From a virus (Duplodnaviria > Caudoviricetes), in the IMG/VR virus record IMGVR_UViG_3300010043_000004, positions 1-47,265 of that record: DNA of 47,265 nt; one strand, 5' to 3'. Positions 33,496 to 43,923 of the stretch are shown here, piece after piece; position 1 is the stretch's first letter, and each line of letters begins with the position of its first letter. The position numbers were made by a program, and so were the translations under genes. A model generated the notes under the pieces. That model ran no database searches. It was not told the origin of the DNA and saw only the letters and a list, made by a program, of their open reading frames with translations.

Positions 33496-34532
33496 TATCT
33501 GATCAGCAGCCTTGCAGCAAGCTTTGAATTGTCAGCAATCTCATTGATATGCAGCCGGACAAAATTGGCTGTGATCATGCAACCAGTCTCAAACCGTCCG
33601 GGTGATTGCGGCATAGTAGTCAACGGCAGCGTAACGCGAGGCGAGACAGTGAGCAATTCCGGGTCTCCGTTTTCGGTCGGAGGAAAGCCCATGATGCGGC
33701 TCACTTCTCTAAAGTTGCAATCATTGTTGTCATTTGAAACTTCAACTCCAATGTCAAAGTCTGGTACTTTGCCAGGACAAGAGAAAGCTACATCAATTGA
33801 GAAGTTCTGTATTGAGCGGCCCTGCGGATCATCAGACAATGCAACGGCAATTGACTTGTAGCCTTTCTGCACTTTCTCAAGCACTGGGCTTCTTGGGATC
33901 AGTGCAACAGCTGGTGAAGCTGTCGGCGGATTGCCTATAGTGAAGTGCCCTGTCTGGTTGCCGTAGAAATAATTGATATTAGGGCCGTTGTGCTTGATGC
34001 TAATCATCCAGCCAGTCCATTCTGCATAATTGCCTTCAGCTGAGTGCCCAGTGCGAATTGTGAATGAGCGTTTGTTTAGCAGAGCTGGATTAGGATCAAC
34101 AAATCCGTCAAAAATGATCACATCATCATCATCGAGGAGGCTCATGTTGCCTCCGCCAAAAGTGCAGGAAGCAAAGCCAGTATCGTACCAGTTGATTTCA
34201 GTAATCGGCTGCGGCTGCGGTGGCTCATTGCCGCTAGCAAAGCTGATGGTGCCAATGCCGCTCACTCTACCGATGTGTACCGCAGTGATCGGAGTCGCAG
34301 TGACTTGCAAGTCAGGATTTGTAGCTCCAATGATTGTGATCAATTCACCGACTCGCGGTATTTTCCCCTCAATGATTGTGCCTGTCACTGTAGTTGTGCC
34401 GTTGCCTTCTGATTTAGTGATCAGAAATTTTGTCGGCCCTTCAGTGTCGCGCAAGAAACCAAACAAATAGATCGGAGTGCCTGCTTTGGCTAGCGGCACA
34501 AGCTGAAATGGCGATTGACTGTAGAGAGGCAT
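33495..34532 (-). CDS. Virion structural protein, paralogue of 2313..2720 with an inserted domain
   Basis: Shared termini; beta-rich insert. Confidence 0.65.
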   Translation of the reverse strand: MPLYSQSPFQLVPLAKAGTPIYLFGFLRDTEGPTKFLITKSEGNGTTTVTGTIIEGKIPRVGELITIIGATNPDLQVTATPITAVHIGRVSGIGTISFASGNEPPQPQPITEINWYDTGFASCTFGGGNMSLLDDDDVIIFDGFVDPNPALLNKRSFTIRTGHSAEGNYAEWTGWMISIKHNGPNINYFYGNQTGHFTIGNPPTASPAVALIPRSPVLEKVQKGYKSIAVALSDDPQGRSIQNFSIDVAFSCPGKVPDFDIGVEVSNDNNDCNFREVSRIMGFPPTENGDPELLTVSPRVTLPLTTMPQSPGRFETGCMITANFVRLHINEIADNSKLAARLLIR

Positions 34533-34593
34533 TTTTGCTTTTCTTTTGCCGTGCTTGCAAGAAAGAACCGTTTAGTGTAGAGTTGCTAGCTCT

Positions 34594-34770
34594 ATGGACA
34601 TTGCCACTATTGCAATATGGCTAGTAGTGATCGTAGTCGGAGTTGCACTTCTCACTTGGGTTGTGAAGAATTGGGACCTCGTGCTAGCTTTTGTGTTTCT
34701 TGCGCTCATCATCGGGAGCATCCCATTTATGCTCTGGATGGAATATTTGAAGCTTCACCGAGTCTACTGA
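34594..34770 (+). CDS. Two-TM membrane protein (58 aa) antisense to the late operon; SieA-like superinfection exclusion candidate
   Basis: MDIATIAIWLVVIVVGVALLTWVVKNWDLVLAFVFLALIIGSIPFMLWMEYLKLHRVY; own promoter TTGCAA(34555)-17-TAGAGT. Confidence 0.7.
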   Translation: MDIATIAIWLVVIVVGVALLTWVVKNWDLVLAFVFLALIIGSIPFMLWMEYLKLHRVY

Positions 34771-36107
34771 GTTGGCTGTTGTGTAAGGCTCTGCGTCCAT
34801 GGGGTAGCAATTGCCGAAGCAATCTTCGGAATCTTAGCTAAGTCAACGTACCGTGCTCCTCTTGCAAAAGCCATTCTGGCACTGGGTGTGGACACAAGTT
34901 CGGGAATCACTAGTCCTGCTACTGCTCCGCCGATACCGCCCTCTAAACCGCCAGCCATAGCAGCTGTCAATGCTCCGGTCGGTGCTGAGATGCGTTTGGC
35001 TACATTCTGAGCTACACCAGCATTGCGTTGAATCATAGAGTAGCGGCGGCTTGCAGGAACCAGATCGGTGATATTCTTCCGCAGCTTTGCATCCCCAGGA
35101 GTTGTGTAGTCAATTTGCCGATTGATTTCTGGGTAGAGTTCTTTTAGCAGTTCTTGTGCACCCGGATCAGAATGCATAGATGGGCCCCAGCGGTTCACTC
35201 TGATGTCAATGCCCTGTCTGATCTGTTCAAGCTCATTCGGGCTGAATATCAATCTAGTTGGGTCATTGGGGTCTTGCAGAGCTTGTCTGACTTGCTCCAT
35301 GTCAGCTCTATACTCTGGCGGTGCAGTGAATGGTATTTTTTTGATTGCTTCATCAACTAGCTGGTGTGCTCTTCTAGTTGAGCCAAACTGATTGCGGTTG
35401 CTAGCTTGATCAAGCCCAGCAATTCTCTGCTGTCTGAGATTTCCAATCCGGCTATCAATTTGCTCTTGCATCTTTACTGGATTAATTCCAGAAGTCTGCT
35501 CAAGCAGTGTCTGCCCAGTAGTTCGGCCAAAGCCGCGGTCTTGTGACCCTATGTGAGCAGCTGTCTCAGCCATCGCTGGAGCAAGTGTTCTCAGTCCTGC
35601 ACTCAATCCTTCTCCAGCAGTTCCGATGACTGCGCCACGAGCAAAATCTTGCCAACTTGGTTTGTCGGCTTGCATAGCACTCAATGCACCACCACCAGCA
35701 ATACGCAAAGCAGATCCAGCACTAGCAAGCGGAGCACCGGGGATTGCTTCAAGCGGCAAGTATTGAAGCATCTGACCAGTAAACTTCATGCCGCCTTGAG
35801 CAAGATTTTGCGGAGTGGCTTCTTGCTGCATTCTGTCTAGCCACGATTGTGGAGCATGAGCTATTGACCCTAAGCCATGCAGAGTCTGTATAGCTGACTG
35901 CTTGAGACCAGCTCCGATGTTCTTAGCACCTTCATACCCAAGTAGAGTACCTTGAATGTCATGCCAATCTGGCGGAACAGGTGCTTGTCCTGTGCCAGCT
36001 TGCACTGCATCAAAGTCAATATCCCCACTCGGAGCTTGAGTGCTCTGAGCTTGTGAAAAGTCTATGTCTTGACTAGGGGATGACGGTGTACTTTTGTTTT
36101 GCGGCAT
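34764..36107 (-). CDS. DNA ejection (internal virion) protein
   Basis: Ala/Gly/Gln-rich with GGALSA and GGIGGAVAG hydrophobic segments; P22 gp16/gp20-like position. Confidence 0.7.
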   Translation of the reverse strand: MPQNKSTPSSPSQDIDFSQAQSTQAPSGDIDFDAVQAGTGQAPVPPDWHDIQGTLLGYEGAKNIGAGLKQSAIQTLHGLGSIAHAPQSWLDRMQQEATPQNLAQGGMKFTGQMLQYLPLEAIPGAPLASAGSALRIAGGGALSAMQADKPSWQDFARGAVIGTAGEGLSAGLRTLAPAMAETAAHIGSQDRGFGRTTGQTLLEQTSGINPVKMQEQIDSRIGNLRQQRIAGLDQASNRNQFGSTRRAHQLVDEAIKKIPFTAPPEYRADMEQVRQALQDPNDPTRLIFSPNELEQIRQGIDIRVNRWGPSMHSDPGAQELLKELYPEINRQIDYTTPGDAKLRKNITDLVPASRRYSMIQRNAGVAQNVAKRISAPTGALTAAMAGGLEGGIGGAVAGLVIPELVSTPSARMAFARGARYVDLAKIPKIASAIATPWTQSLTQQPTQ

Positions 36108-37704
36108 TAGCTAATACATCTTCTCTACTTCTGCCAGTTTTCGTTACCGTTGCATCAATCTGGCCTTGAGTTAAGAAGCGGCCGTTGTCGATGTTTTCAA
36201 TGTCTTTCTGCAAGCCTGCTCTGATGATTCGGTATTGACTAGAATCCGTAGCTGCATTCATTGCATCGTCTGCCTGCTGAAACATTGTCAGCTTAGCTTG
36301 CACTTTAGTCTGCATTGCACCAACAAGAGCTTTAATCTCACGTTCTTGCTCAGGTGTAATAGACCGTGCTCTTTTGGGGTCGGTATTCCATGCTTGCAAT
36401 TTTGCTCTCAAGTTTTCCCAGTTAGAGCGACCACCGACGATGCGGTTGATTTCAGCATCAGTCATTCTCAAGCCTGATCCAGCTCCACCCGCTACGGTTG
36501 ACAATATCTCAGGTGCCAGCATTGAATCAGTGAGCATATTGCCTTGAGCAATGCTGGTTTGCAACGTCCCGAATCTAGTATTCAGAGCAGCTACAGGCTG
36601 TCGGAGTTTCTCTATCTCATTCTGATTTTCTGTGTATTGCTTAGCATCAAATGTTGCTTGCTGCGGAGTCTGATAGCCTGGAGGCAACGGCCGCTTAGTG
36701 CCGTGCACTGGGTTGTACAAGATGCCGGGTTGCCCCGGTTGTCCTGTCAGAGCAACATATGGCCCCGGAGCAAACTTAGCAACTGCTTGATCAGTCAAAT
36801 CTCTCACATGAGCTTGCCGCTCAGGCGGGAGAGTCTCAAAAGTTTCACCGGGAGCAAGCCCCAAGCTTTTAGCATTATCTGGGTTGTGCATGTAAGCTTG
36901 TATTTCCATTTCTTTGGCTTGCTCTGCTGGCCCCTTTAGCGGCACAACCGGCCCTGAATATGGTTTGCCGTCTACGTAGTACTGATTAGTTGAAGGCTCA
37001 AATGAAACAGGCTTCCCATCTGGTGTAACTTGTTGGTTGACTGGCGTGAATTGTCGTGGCAATCCAGCTTCAATGTAGTTGCCCTGTTCATCTCTGTACG
37101 GCACAAGATCTTGTGTAGTTGGGTCCATGTGACCGAGCACGATCTGGTTGCCGATTCTCATCTGAACAAGCTGCCCATGCTTTGCTGTCTGAGCTTCAAT
37201 CATTCTGGCTTGTGCACTCAGTTGCCCAGTTGCAAGCTCTTGCTGCTTGTCAGCTTCAGATTGCAGTATGGCTAGCCGTTGCTGATCATAGAGCGGAGTG
37301 CCGGGAATCCGCTGAGCAATACTCGGAGCAATGATGTCACCAGCAATGCCAGCAACGCGGCCAATCTTTCCGCCAGTTCCTAGCTCACTCCACGGCTTCA
37401 AGCCTGCACTGCCAAGCTCTTTCTGGATTGCATCTTGAATCTGCATCTGACGGTTCAGTGACCGCTCTTCAATTGCCGACTGGGTGTGCCGCTGCCACTC
37501 AGCTGAGCCTGGAGGTGCAGCTGGAGCTTGCCGTGGGCCCATCAAGCCGAGCTGCTGACCTTGAGCCAGTGGGCTGATCGGTGCATTGGCTTGCTGCTGC
37601 TGCTGTGGAAAAAGATCCATTGGCACAGCATCAAGCATCGGCTGAGCTATATCCGGTGTCAAGCTCGGTATTGCAAACGGATTATCGATTGTTCCCGCCG
37701 CCAC
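36073..37704 (-). CDS. DNA ejection (internal virion) protein
   Basis: Q/A-rich, 543 aa, in the ejection cluster. Confidence 0.7.
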   Translation of the reverse strand: MAAGTIDNPFAIPSLTPDIAQPMLDAVPMDLFPQQQQQANAPISPLAQGQQLGLMGPRQAPAAPPGSAEWQRHTQSAIEERSLNRQMQIQDAIQKELGSAGLKPWSELGTGGKIGRVAGIAGDIIAPSIAQRIPGTPLYDQQRLAILQSEADKQQELATGQLSAQARMIEAQTAKHGQLVQMRIGNQIVLGHMDPTTQDLVPYRDEQGNYIEAGLPRQFTPVNQQVTPDGKPVSFEPSTNQYYVDGKPYSGPVVPLKGPAEQAKEMEIQAYMHNPDNAKSLGLAPGETFETLPPERQAHVRDLTDQAVAKFAPGPYVALTGQPGQPGILYNPVHGTKRPLPPGYQTPQQATFDAKQYTENQNEIEKLRQPVAALNTRFGTLQTSIAQGNMLTDSMLAPEILSTVAGGAGSGLRMTDAEINRIVGGRSNWENLRAKLQAWNTDPKRARSITPEQEREIKALVGAMQTKVQAKLTMFQQADDAMNAATDSSQYRIIRAGLQKDIENIDNGRFLTQGQIDATVTKTGRSREDVLANAAKQKYTVIP

Positions 37705-38164
37705 CGTAAGCTCCTAAGATCCTGCTCAGCCGCTGTCTAGTGCCGCCTTGGCCTCTAGTCTCTTCTGGTGTTGAGCCGGTTCTCTGCCCTCCGGGTTCTG
37801 GCTCAGCGAGGCCGTGTGCTCTGACAGCTCTCTGATACTGCATTGTGCCGGGGATTTCCCGCATAGTCTGATTGCCGAGAAAAGCAGCTCCTAGACCTCC
37901 TAAGATTCGACTGCCTAAACCGGGATGATACTGTGCTGGCATGAGTGGCTGCACAGGAGGCAGCACTGGGGCAGTAGGAGGCGCTACTTGGTTAATTGGC
38001 GGCGGCACTGGCGGGTTTACGCCAGGGGTCGGCCCAGCATTGGGAGGTACCGCAGCGATGCCGCCGCCAAGCCCGGGAATCGGAGCATTTGGGTTCGTCC
38101 CTGCTTGATTCGGGACTGAGAACTGCGTAGGAGCAAAACTGAACGGTATAGGATTGCTTGCCAT
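37682..38164 (-). CDS. Pro/Gly-rich internal virion protein
   Basis: GLGSRILGGLGAAF...IPGT resembles GGKIGRVAG...IPGT in 36073..37704. Confidence 0.55.
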   Translation of the reverse strand: MASNPIPFSFAPTQFSVPNQAGTNPNAPIPGLGGGIAAVPPNAGPTPGVNPPVPPPINQVAPPTAPVLPPVQPLMPAQYHPGLGSRILGGLGAAFLGNQTMREIPGTMQYQRAVRAHGLAEPEPGGQRTGSTPEETRGQGGTRQRLSRILGAYGGGGNNR

Positions 38165-38167
38165 AAC

Positions 38168-38698
38168 TTAGCCTGACATGCCAGCTGAAGCACCTGCTGC
38201 ACCTTCTCTGGCGAATTGAGCGAGATTCTGCACCCAGCCAGTCTGATTTGCTGCGGCTTGTGCATTGATAAGCGGGGCTTGCAAGCCGTAAGCCCGCATA
38301 GCAGCATCCAGCTGAGTGCCGTACATGCCAGCTCCCATGCCGAGGCCTTGCATCTGACGGTCAAGAAACATCTTGTTCACATTCAGAGCAGCTTGCTGGT
38401 CTTGTGCAGTCTTCTGCCGTTGAGCTTGATCCAGTGCCATAGTCTGAGAACCGGGATTGCGGTTTCTGGCTGCCATCAAGTTTGCTTGGCCTTGCACACT
38501 GCTGAGTGCTCCGCCGCTCTCACCTTGCTGCTGTACTAGAGCATCAGCTTTCTGCTGCGGAGTGCCGCCAGCCATCTCAATCGGTGTCAGATTTGATAGA
38601 ACATTCTGCCCAGTCTGAGCTGCTTGACCTTCTAGCTGCTGTCCAGTCTGCCCAGCTAGTGCAGTCGCTTGCTGACCTTGTGCTACGGCTGATCTCAT
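38168..38698 (-). CDS. Small ejection/pilot protein
   Basis: Q/A/G-rich, 176 aa. Confidence 0.65.
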   Translation of the reverse strand: MRSAVAQGQQATALAGQTGQQLEGQAAQTGQNVLSNLTPIEMAGGTPQQKADALVQQQGESGGALSSVQGQANLMAARNRNPGSQTMALDQAQRQKTAQDQQAALNVNKMFLDRQMQGLGMGAGMYGTQLDAAMRAYGLQAPLINAQAAANQTGWVQNLAQFAREGAAGASAGMSG

Positions 38699-39093
38699 GG
38701 GATTTCAAATGTGTATTTCTGCCAGCCCCGATCTTTCACCCAGCCAGCTTCTTCAAGCCGCTTGCCGAAGCTCTTCTCTACTTCCGGGGGGAGCACACAG
38801 TACATCTGATCAAGGCCAAGCCTCCCAAGGCTAGTGATCAGATTGCGGTGCAGAGCTTCAAGGCCTTCTTTGCGCTCTTGCGGAGTGCCGCAGTTATGAT
38901 CTACAAACAAGTAGACTTCAGCATTCAGCTTCACTAGAGCCGCCGCCATAAACTGACCGCAGCTGTAAACAGAGCGGCGAACAGGAAAAAGAGGACTATC
39001 AATGAAATCAGGCAGACGATAATCGTATCCCGCCGTTTCATGGATTTTGTTAATCCGCTCGATGTCCTCAGTCAGCATTTCACCAACATTCAT
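38695..39093 (-). CDS. GNAT-like protein (podoviral internal virion assembly type)
   Basis: Position before the ejection genes; FGKRLEEAGW motif. Confidence 0.55.
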   Translation of the reverse strand: MNVGEMLTEDIERINKIHETAGYDYRLPDFIDSPLFPVRRSVYSCGQFMAAALVKLNAEVYLFVDHNCGTPQERKEGLEALHRNLITSLGRLGLDQMYCVLPPEVEKSFGKRLEEAGWVKDRGWQKYTFEIP

Positions 39094-39719
39094 GTTTTTA
39101 CATTCCGCTTTGGCTGTACTGCTGGCCTGCTCAAGAAGTGCCCAAAGCCGTAGTTGCCCTGCTGGCCGCTGTTCTGTGCTGTCCCGCTGCCTGTTGAAGG
39201 TTGCAATGTGAGGTTAGTAGTGCCGTTCATGGTGACTGGTGCAGCCAGATGGCCGCCAAAGTTCACAGCTCTAGATGGCTTTGATCCTGGGTACTGGCTG
39301 TAAGCACGAAAATAGTAGGATTGCGGAGTGCCAGGGGTAGGCAAGCCTGTTGTTGTATCAGTGCCTGGACTGTCGCCATTCGTAGGCAATGCCAGTACCC
39401 TGGTTCTTGAGGTACCCAAGTGCTCAACGTGTGGCTGAAGAAAGTTTGGCTCAGTCGCATATTCTACGAAGTAATTTACATGTTTGTTTACCGGATTGCT
39501 ATCTTGAATCACTACATGCGCCATTTCACCGGAAGCTTTGACTTGCACTTGCTGAACCTGCGGAGGACTTGACGCATCAGCTATTGCAGATGCTCCGATA
39601 TTTTTCGCTAAGCGATTGACTGCATTCTCAATCATTCTGAGAGCTGCTGCCGTCCAACGGCCTTGCTCGTTGTCTACTTGCAAGTGCTGAGTGAATTGAC
39701 CAAGATCGAGGCCGGCCAT
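39090..39719 (-). CDS. Tail-associated structural protein
   Basis: Follows the tail hub gene; Fn3-like YFVEY...YYFRAYS. Confidence 0.6.
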   Translation of the reverse strand: MAGLDLGQFTQHLQVDNEQGRWTAAALRMIENAVNRLAKNIGASAIADASSPPQVQQVQVKASGEMAHVVIQDSNPVNKHVNYFVEYATEPNFLQPHVEHLGTSRTRVLALPTNGDSPGTDTTTGLPTPGTPQSYYFRAYSQYPGSKPSRAVNFGGHLAAPVTMNGTTNLTLQPSTGSGTAQNSGQQGNYGFGHFLSRPAVQPKRNVKT

Positions 39720-42700
39720 TAGTTCAACCCCCTCACTGGAGCCCATGGATCCTTGACGATTGACAAGATTGTCTCTGACAGCCTGAAGTGTGCTGCCAGA
39801 GCATTCGTTGAATATTCCAAGAACAGCCTCTGAGCTGTGAGATTGAATGGCACTTCTCGGTTGTCAACTGAAGCATTGTGCAAGTCAATCCCGCCAGGCA
39901 CTACATACGGGTGCGGTGTGACTAGATCATTTACCAGTGCTCTAAGCCGTACTTTTCCATCACCTGCGAGATTGTGTGAACTGTAGCGGTAGAGCTTTCT
40001 GTACTGGCCGAGTAGCGGCCCATACTGCTGCGCTTGCTCAGTTTTCGGAAAACCATATGTGCAGTACAAGCCGTTGATAGGGATGCCATCATCATCAAGA
40101 GTGTTTGCATCAAGCTGATAAACTTTTGCATTGTGTCTGCCGTTGCCGATGAAGTACTGATCCGTGCCGTCTGGTCTTGTGATGCTTGCAGAGTACGGGC
40201 TGGGAATCTGCCAAATTGACCATTTTCTAGAGATGTCCCAAGAAATGAGTTTGCCACTGTAGCTGACTTTGACTGGCCCGCGCTCGATCAAATCATTAGC
40301 ATTTTGCAATTCTTTGTAATTGCACATCAACATGCAATTCGGAGTTTCCGGGCTGGGGTTCAGCACGGCATCTGGCATCCACTTGTTTGGTGTTGGCAGC
40401 GGAACGTGAATAGTGATTCTTCGTTCCTGCACATCATTTCTGACTATGATGGTGTGACTAAACTTCCAGTTCAGAGCATTCCAGATCGGCTGAATCTCTT
40501 GCAGAATTTTCTGCGGCTCACCACCATGAAAGAGATACAAACCTAAGCGGTTTGCTGTGATCATCCATTCTTCACCATAATCAAAAGCATGAATGCCGCA
40601 GCAGCCTACTTTGTCCGACACTTGGCGGATGCCCCATTCAGCTGGCTCTTCATTTGCCGAATCTTGAGTTGAGAACATCGAGCCAGTCTTCAAGAAATAA
40701 AGCAAGTCGTATTGTCGAAACAAGCCAACAACTGGCTGATTGTTCTGCCCGCCAGCATCTAAGTTCCCGCTGACACCATCTACTGCTTCTAAATTGCCAA
40801 CATACGAACCAAACACTTGAGTAGTCAGGTCTGGCCTGTCAGTAGGGTAGATTTCAAATCTATCAATCTCGACATCAGCTCCAGCAGGCAAGTGTGAAGC
40901 ATACAGCCGCAATAGCAAATCATCTGGCACACTCAACGGCAATGCACCTTTCGGCACTAACGGCAGCACCAGAGTCTGAAAGTTAGTTGACATTGAAGGC
41001 AGCGGGAAGCCAGCGCTGCCGTACAAGCCATTCTGCTGATAGCTGACTACATCAAGAAAGAGCTGGCCTCCTTGATCGGTGATGCCTGATGGTGATCTGA
41101 TGTCAATGCGGATTGAATAGCCAACTTGCGGCCGCAAGATTGGCACCATGTAGGCATCTTGAAATGCACTCTGATGAATGCCGCCATAGATGCCATCAGC
41201 ATTTGAGCCGTCACTCACAATGTAGTAGCTGAAGCCGAAGACTGGTGAGAGCTTGATTCTCCCGCCGAGAGCATTCACATTTGGCTCTGGCGTCCAACCA
41301 GCTGGGTAGTTGAATTCGCCGTGTGTGACATAACCTCCATCAAAAGTAGTATTGATGAAATTCTGCACACGATTGTTCTGATGCACATAAAAGTTGCGGT
41401 CGGCATACGAGACTATAGAGCGGCAAGCTCCGACTTCGAGTTGATTGAAAAGATTATTGCCGGGTATATCAATTGCCGTTGCCGCCATCAAGACTGCATC
41501 AGTGAAAGTGAATGCCCAATCTTGGTTAGTATTGTTGGGAATTCTAGTAGCTTTATAGGTCAGTGGCTGCCCTGCATTCGGGATAGTGACATCTTCAGGC
41601 AAGTAGAAAAAATTGCCGCCGTTTGCAGGTGTGAATGCAATGATTCTAGCTACTACATTCGGCGGCCCCACACAGATGTTAGTCACTCTGATTGAGCTGT
41701 CAGCCGTAGTCGTCCCGAAAGTGACTGGTGGTGACGGTGCAGTCAAGTAGCCGTTTCTAGTCTCAAAGATTGTGACAGCTTGTCTGACTCCTGCTCCAAG
41801 ACCAGTATTGAGAAAAACTTGGCCTGTCCCAGTGTCATTCCCGAATACAGCACCGGGAAGGCCAAGAAATGATGGAGCGGGATCAAATTGAAACTGCGTT
41901 CCGAGTTCGACTGCGGTTGCATTGGCTTCTATTGCACTGCCAACATCACCGAAGCCAGGAATATTGATAGTAAACGTTGACCCAGTAGCCGTTGTGATCG
42001 GCACATTAGTCTGATTGAAGATGCTGCTCCCGTTCACAAAAGGCCCGTTGATGCAGCCAGTAATATTCACCAGACTGCCAACGGTCGGGGCATTGCCGCT
42101 GATTATGCTGAAATCATAGGTAGCTACACCCGCGGTCAAGCTGGTCTGAGTGATGCTGTACTGGCCGCCGTTGACTAGATTCAGAATCGTCCAAGTATTA
42201 TTCCACTGACTTGGCGTAGCATTCTGAATTGTGATCTGATCACCGACTTGAAAATTGGCTGGCCGATCTGGCGTCAGCGTCATGGTTGCCAGAGTCGGTT
42301 GAAAATTGCCAGCTGTAGTACCGTGAGCTTGTGCTCTAGCCGGTGAAGTTGTGACCGTCTGCACCGTAAACATCCAGCGGTTAGAGCCGCCACCCGGAGG
42401 CGTAGCAAAGCCAGTATCGGTGACGATATAGGTGCCATTCAAGCCGAGAAAATCTCCAGTCAAGCCAGTGAGATTGATCCCTTGCCCGATCACAATGCTC
42501 GGGTCAGGCCCTGGTGGTACAGTTCCAGGGCGGTAGAAAATTGTCAGCGTATTGCCAGGATTTGTGCTCGTCGGGCCTGCCGACCACAGCACATCTTGAA
42601 AAGGCTGCCCAGTTGCACTGCCCTGCGCTGGTATTTGAGTGATTGACGCAATAGTCCAGCAGCTGTTTTGCCCAGTATCCGTTGTCCCGGTTGTCGGAGC

Positions 42701-43633
42701 ACAAGTGCCAGCATTGCCAGCACAAGAAGGAGCTAAGCCGGGGCCAACTTGGCTTATGCGATCAAAATTGGTCCCATGTCTGGGGATATTTGTGCCGTGC
42801 AGCAAGTCGGAGAATGCAATCCACTCTTCATCTTGATTCGTCTCTGAATAAGCGCACTGGTTCGGGTAGATTGTTTCTAGCTCTGGCACCAGAACGCCGG
42901 GGTTCTCAGTAACGTTTTCTTCCCAAAGTGTGCCATCAGAATCTAGAACAAAAGTGTGCGTTTCACCGTCATCTTCTACAAACGTCTTGATCCAGTTGAT
43001 GTTGTCTGGACCTTGTGACTGAAAGATGGTGATCACGGCTTGACGAATGAAGAGGCTTGCAGTATTGCCGACAGGCACAGTCCCGAACACCTGATAGCCA
43101 AAAGTAATGTTGTTTACGATGTCAGCACTGAGATTTGCAGAGAAGCCGTCCGTTGGGCTGCCGACAGTGACTATGCTGTCTCCGGTCTGAAACTGAAATG
43201 ACTCTGGCATCCCGATCGGCTCACCATTCAGAATGAGCTGTACTGTCACTGTCGGTGCAACACTTCCTGTGTAGTGCCCACTGAGCTGAATCTCGACTCC
43301 AGTGACGGCAATTGCTGGTGATAGAGCAATTGGGAACTGATTCCAGAAAATGATGTCCGAAGTGCCAGAGAAAGTAGTAGTGTCAAAAACTCCGTCAAAA
43401 GCCCAAGCTCCAGCTATGGAAGCTGAATTTCCGGCGAACAGCACACCGCTGTTTAGGTCTACAAACTGATAAGCTGATTTCAAGCCGCTTCTGGTGAAGA
43501 CTGCCCCGACATCATAGTCAACATCCCAATTCTGCGGGCTTGCGCCTTCTGGCAAGTCAGTAGCAGCTACTTCAACGCATAATCCACCATATGTAGTCAA
43601 AACTACATCAGCTGATTGTCGGTTATTGTTCAC
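39719..43633 (-). CDS. Tail hub/stabilisation protein (P22 gp10 or T7 tubular B-like) with inserted beta domains
   Basis: N-terminal YGGL...DLPEGASP..WDVD; propeller-like repeats; 1304 aa. Confidence 0.75.
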   Translation of the reverse strand: MNNNRQSADVVLTTYGGLCVEVAATDLPEGASPQNWDVDYDVGAVFTRSGLKSAYQFVDLNSGVLFAGNSASIAGAWAFDGVFDTTTFSGTSDIIFWNQFPIALSPAIAVTGVEIQLSGHYTGSVAPTVTVQLILNGEPIGMPESFQFQTGDSIVTVGSPTDGFSANLSADIVNNITFGYQVFGTVPVGNTASLFIRQAVITIFQSQGPDNINWIKTFVEDDGETHTFVLDSDGTLWEENVTENPGVLVPELETIYPNQCAYSETNQDEEWIAFSDLLHGTNIPRHGTNFDRISQVGPGLAPSCAGNAGTCAPTTGTTDTGQNSCWTIASITQIPAQGSATGQPFQDVLWSAGPTSTNPGNTLTIFYRPGTVPPGPDPSIVIGQGINLTGLTGDFLGLNGTYIVTDTGFATPPGGGSNRWMFTVQTVTTSPARAQAHGTTAGNFQPTLATMTLTPDRPANFQVGDQITIQNATPSQWNNTWTILNLVNGGQYSITQTSLTAGVATYDFSIISGNAPTVGSLVNITGCINGPFVNGSSIFNQTNVPITTATGSTFTINIPGFGDVGSAIEANATAVELGTQFQFDPAPSFLGLPGAVFGNDTGTGQVFLNTGLGAGVRQAVTIFETRNGYLTAPSPPVTFGTTTADSSIRVTNICVGPPNVVARIIAFTPANGGNFFYLPEDVTIPNAGQPLTYKATRIPNNTNQDWAFTFTDAVLMAATAIDIPGNNLFNQLEVGACRSIVSYADRNFYVHQNNRVQNFINTTFDGGYVTHGEFNYPAGWTPEPNVNALGGRIKLSPVFGFSYYIVSDGSNADGIYGGIHQSAFQDAYMVPILRPQVGYSIRIDIRSPSGITDQGGQLFLDVVSYQQNGLYGSAGFPLPSMSTNFQTLVLPLVPKGALPLSVPDDLLLRLYASHLPAGADVEIDRFEIYPTDRPDLTTQVFGSYVGNLEAVDGVSGNLDAGGQNNQPVVGLFRQYDLLYFLKTGSMFSTQDSANEEPAEWGIRQVSDKVGCCGIHAFDYGEEWMITANRLGLYLFHGGEPQKILQEIQPIWNALNWKFSHTIIVRNDVQERRITIHVPLPTPNKWMPDAVLNPSPETPNCMLMCNYKELQNANDLIERGPVKVSYSGKLISWDISRKWSIWQIPSPYSASITRPDGTDQYFIGNGRHNAKVYQLDANTLDDDGIPINGLYCTYGFPKTEQAQQYGPLLGQYRKLYRYSSHNLAGDGKVRLRALVNDLVTPHPYVVPGGIDLHNASVDNREVPFNLTAQRLFLEYSTNALAAHFRLSETILSIVKDPWAPVRGLN

Positions 43634-43923
43634 ACACCTACAGCTTGATCTACTAGCACTTTCTGAATGCGGCCCTGATAAGTATAAATTTCCGTGTAGA
43701 AGTCTGGTGCAGCATAATAGAACACATTGCCCGTGCCGTCAGCTCTCACTGGGTTGTCAAGCGGCCCCATTATCCCATCAGGATCACTAAAGAGCACAGC
43801 TAGCGGAGTTGGTTGTGTCGGGTTGATCACAGCAGGCTGCAAGCACACAAAAACGTGTGCACCAGCAAGAGCTTGCCCCAGTGCATTTTGTACTGTCGCA
43901 TCTTTTCTGAAATATAGCGGCAT
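43630..43923 (-). CDS. Stand-alone fibre docking domain, paralogue of the fibre N-terminus
   Basis: NALGQALAGAHVFVC.QP...LFSD.DG...ADG.G.V.YY...YTE. Confidence 0.75.
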   Translation of the reverse strand: MPLYFRKDATVQNALGQALAGAHVFVCLQPAVINPTQPTPLAVLFSDPDGIMGPLDNPVRADGTGNVFYYAAPDFYTEIYTYQGRIQKVLVDQAVGV

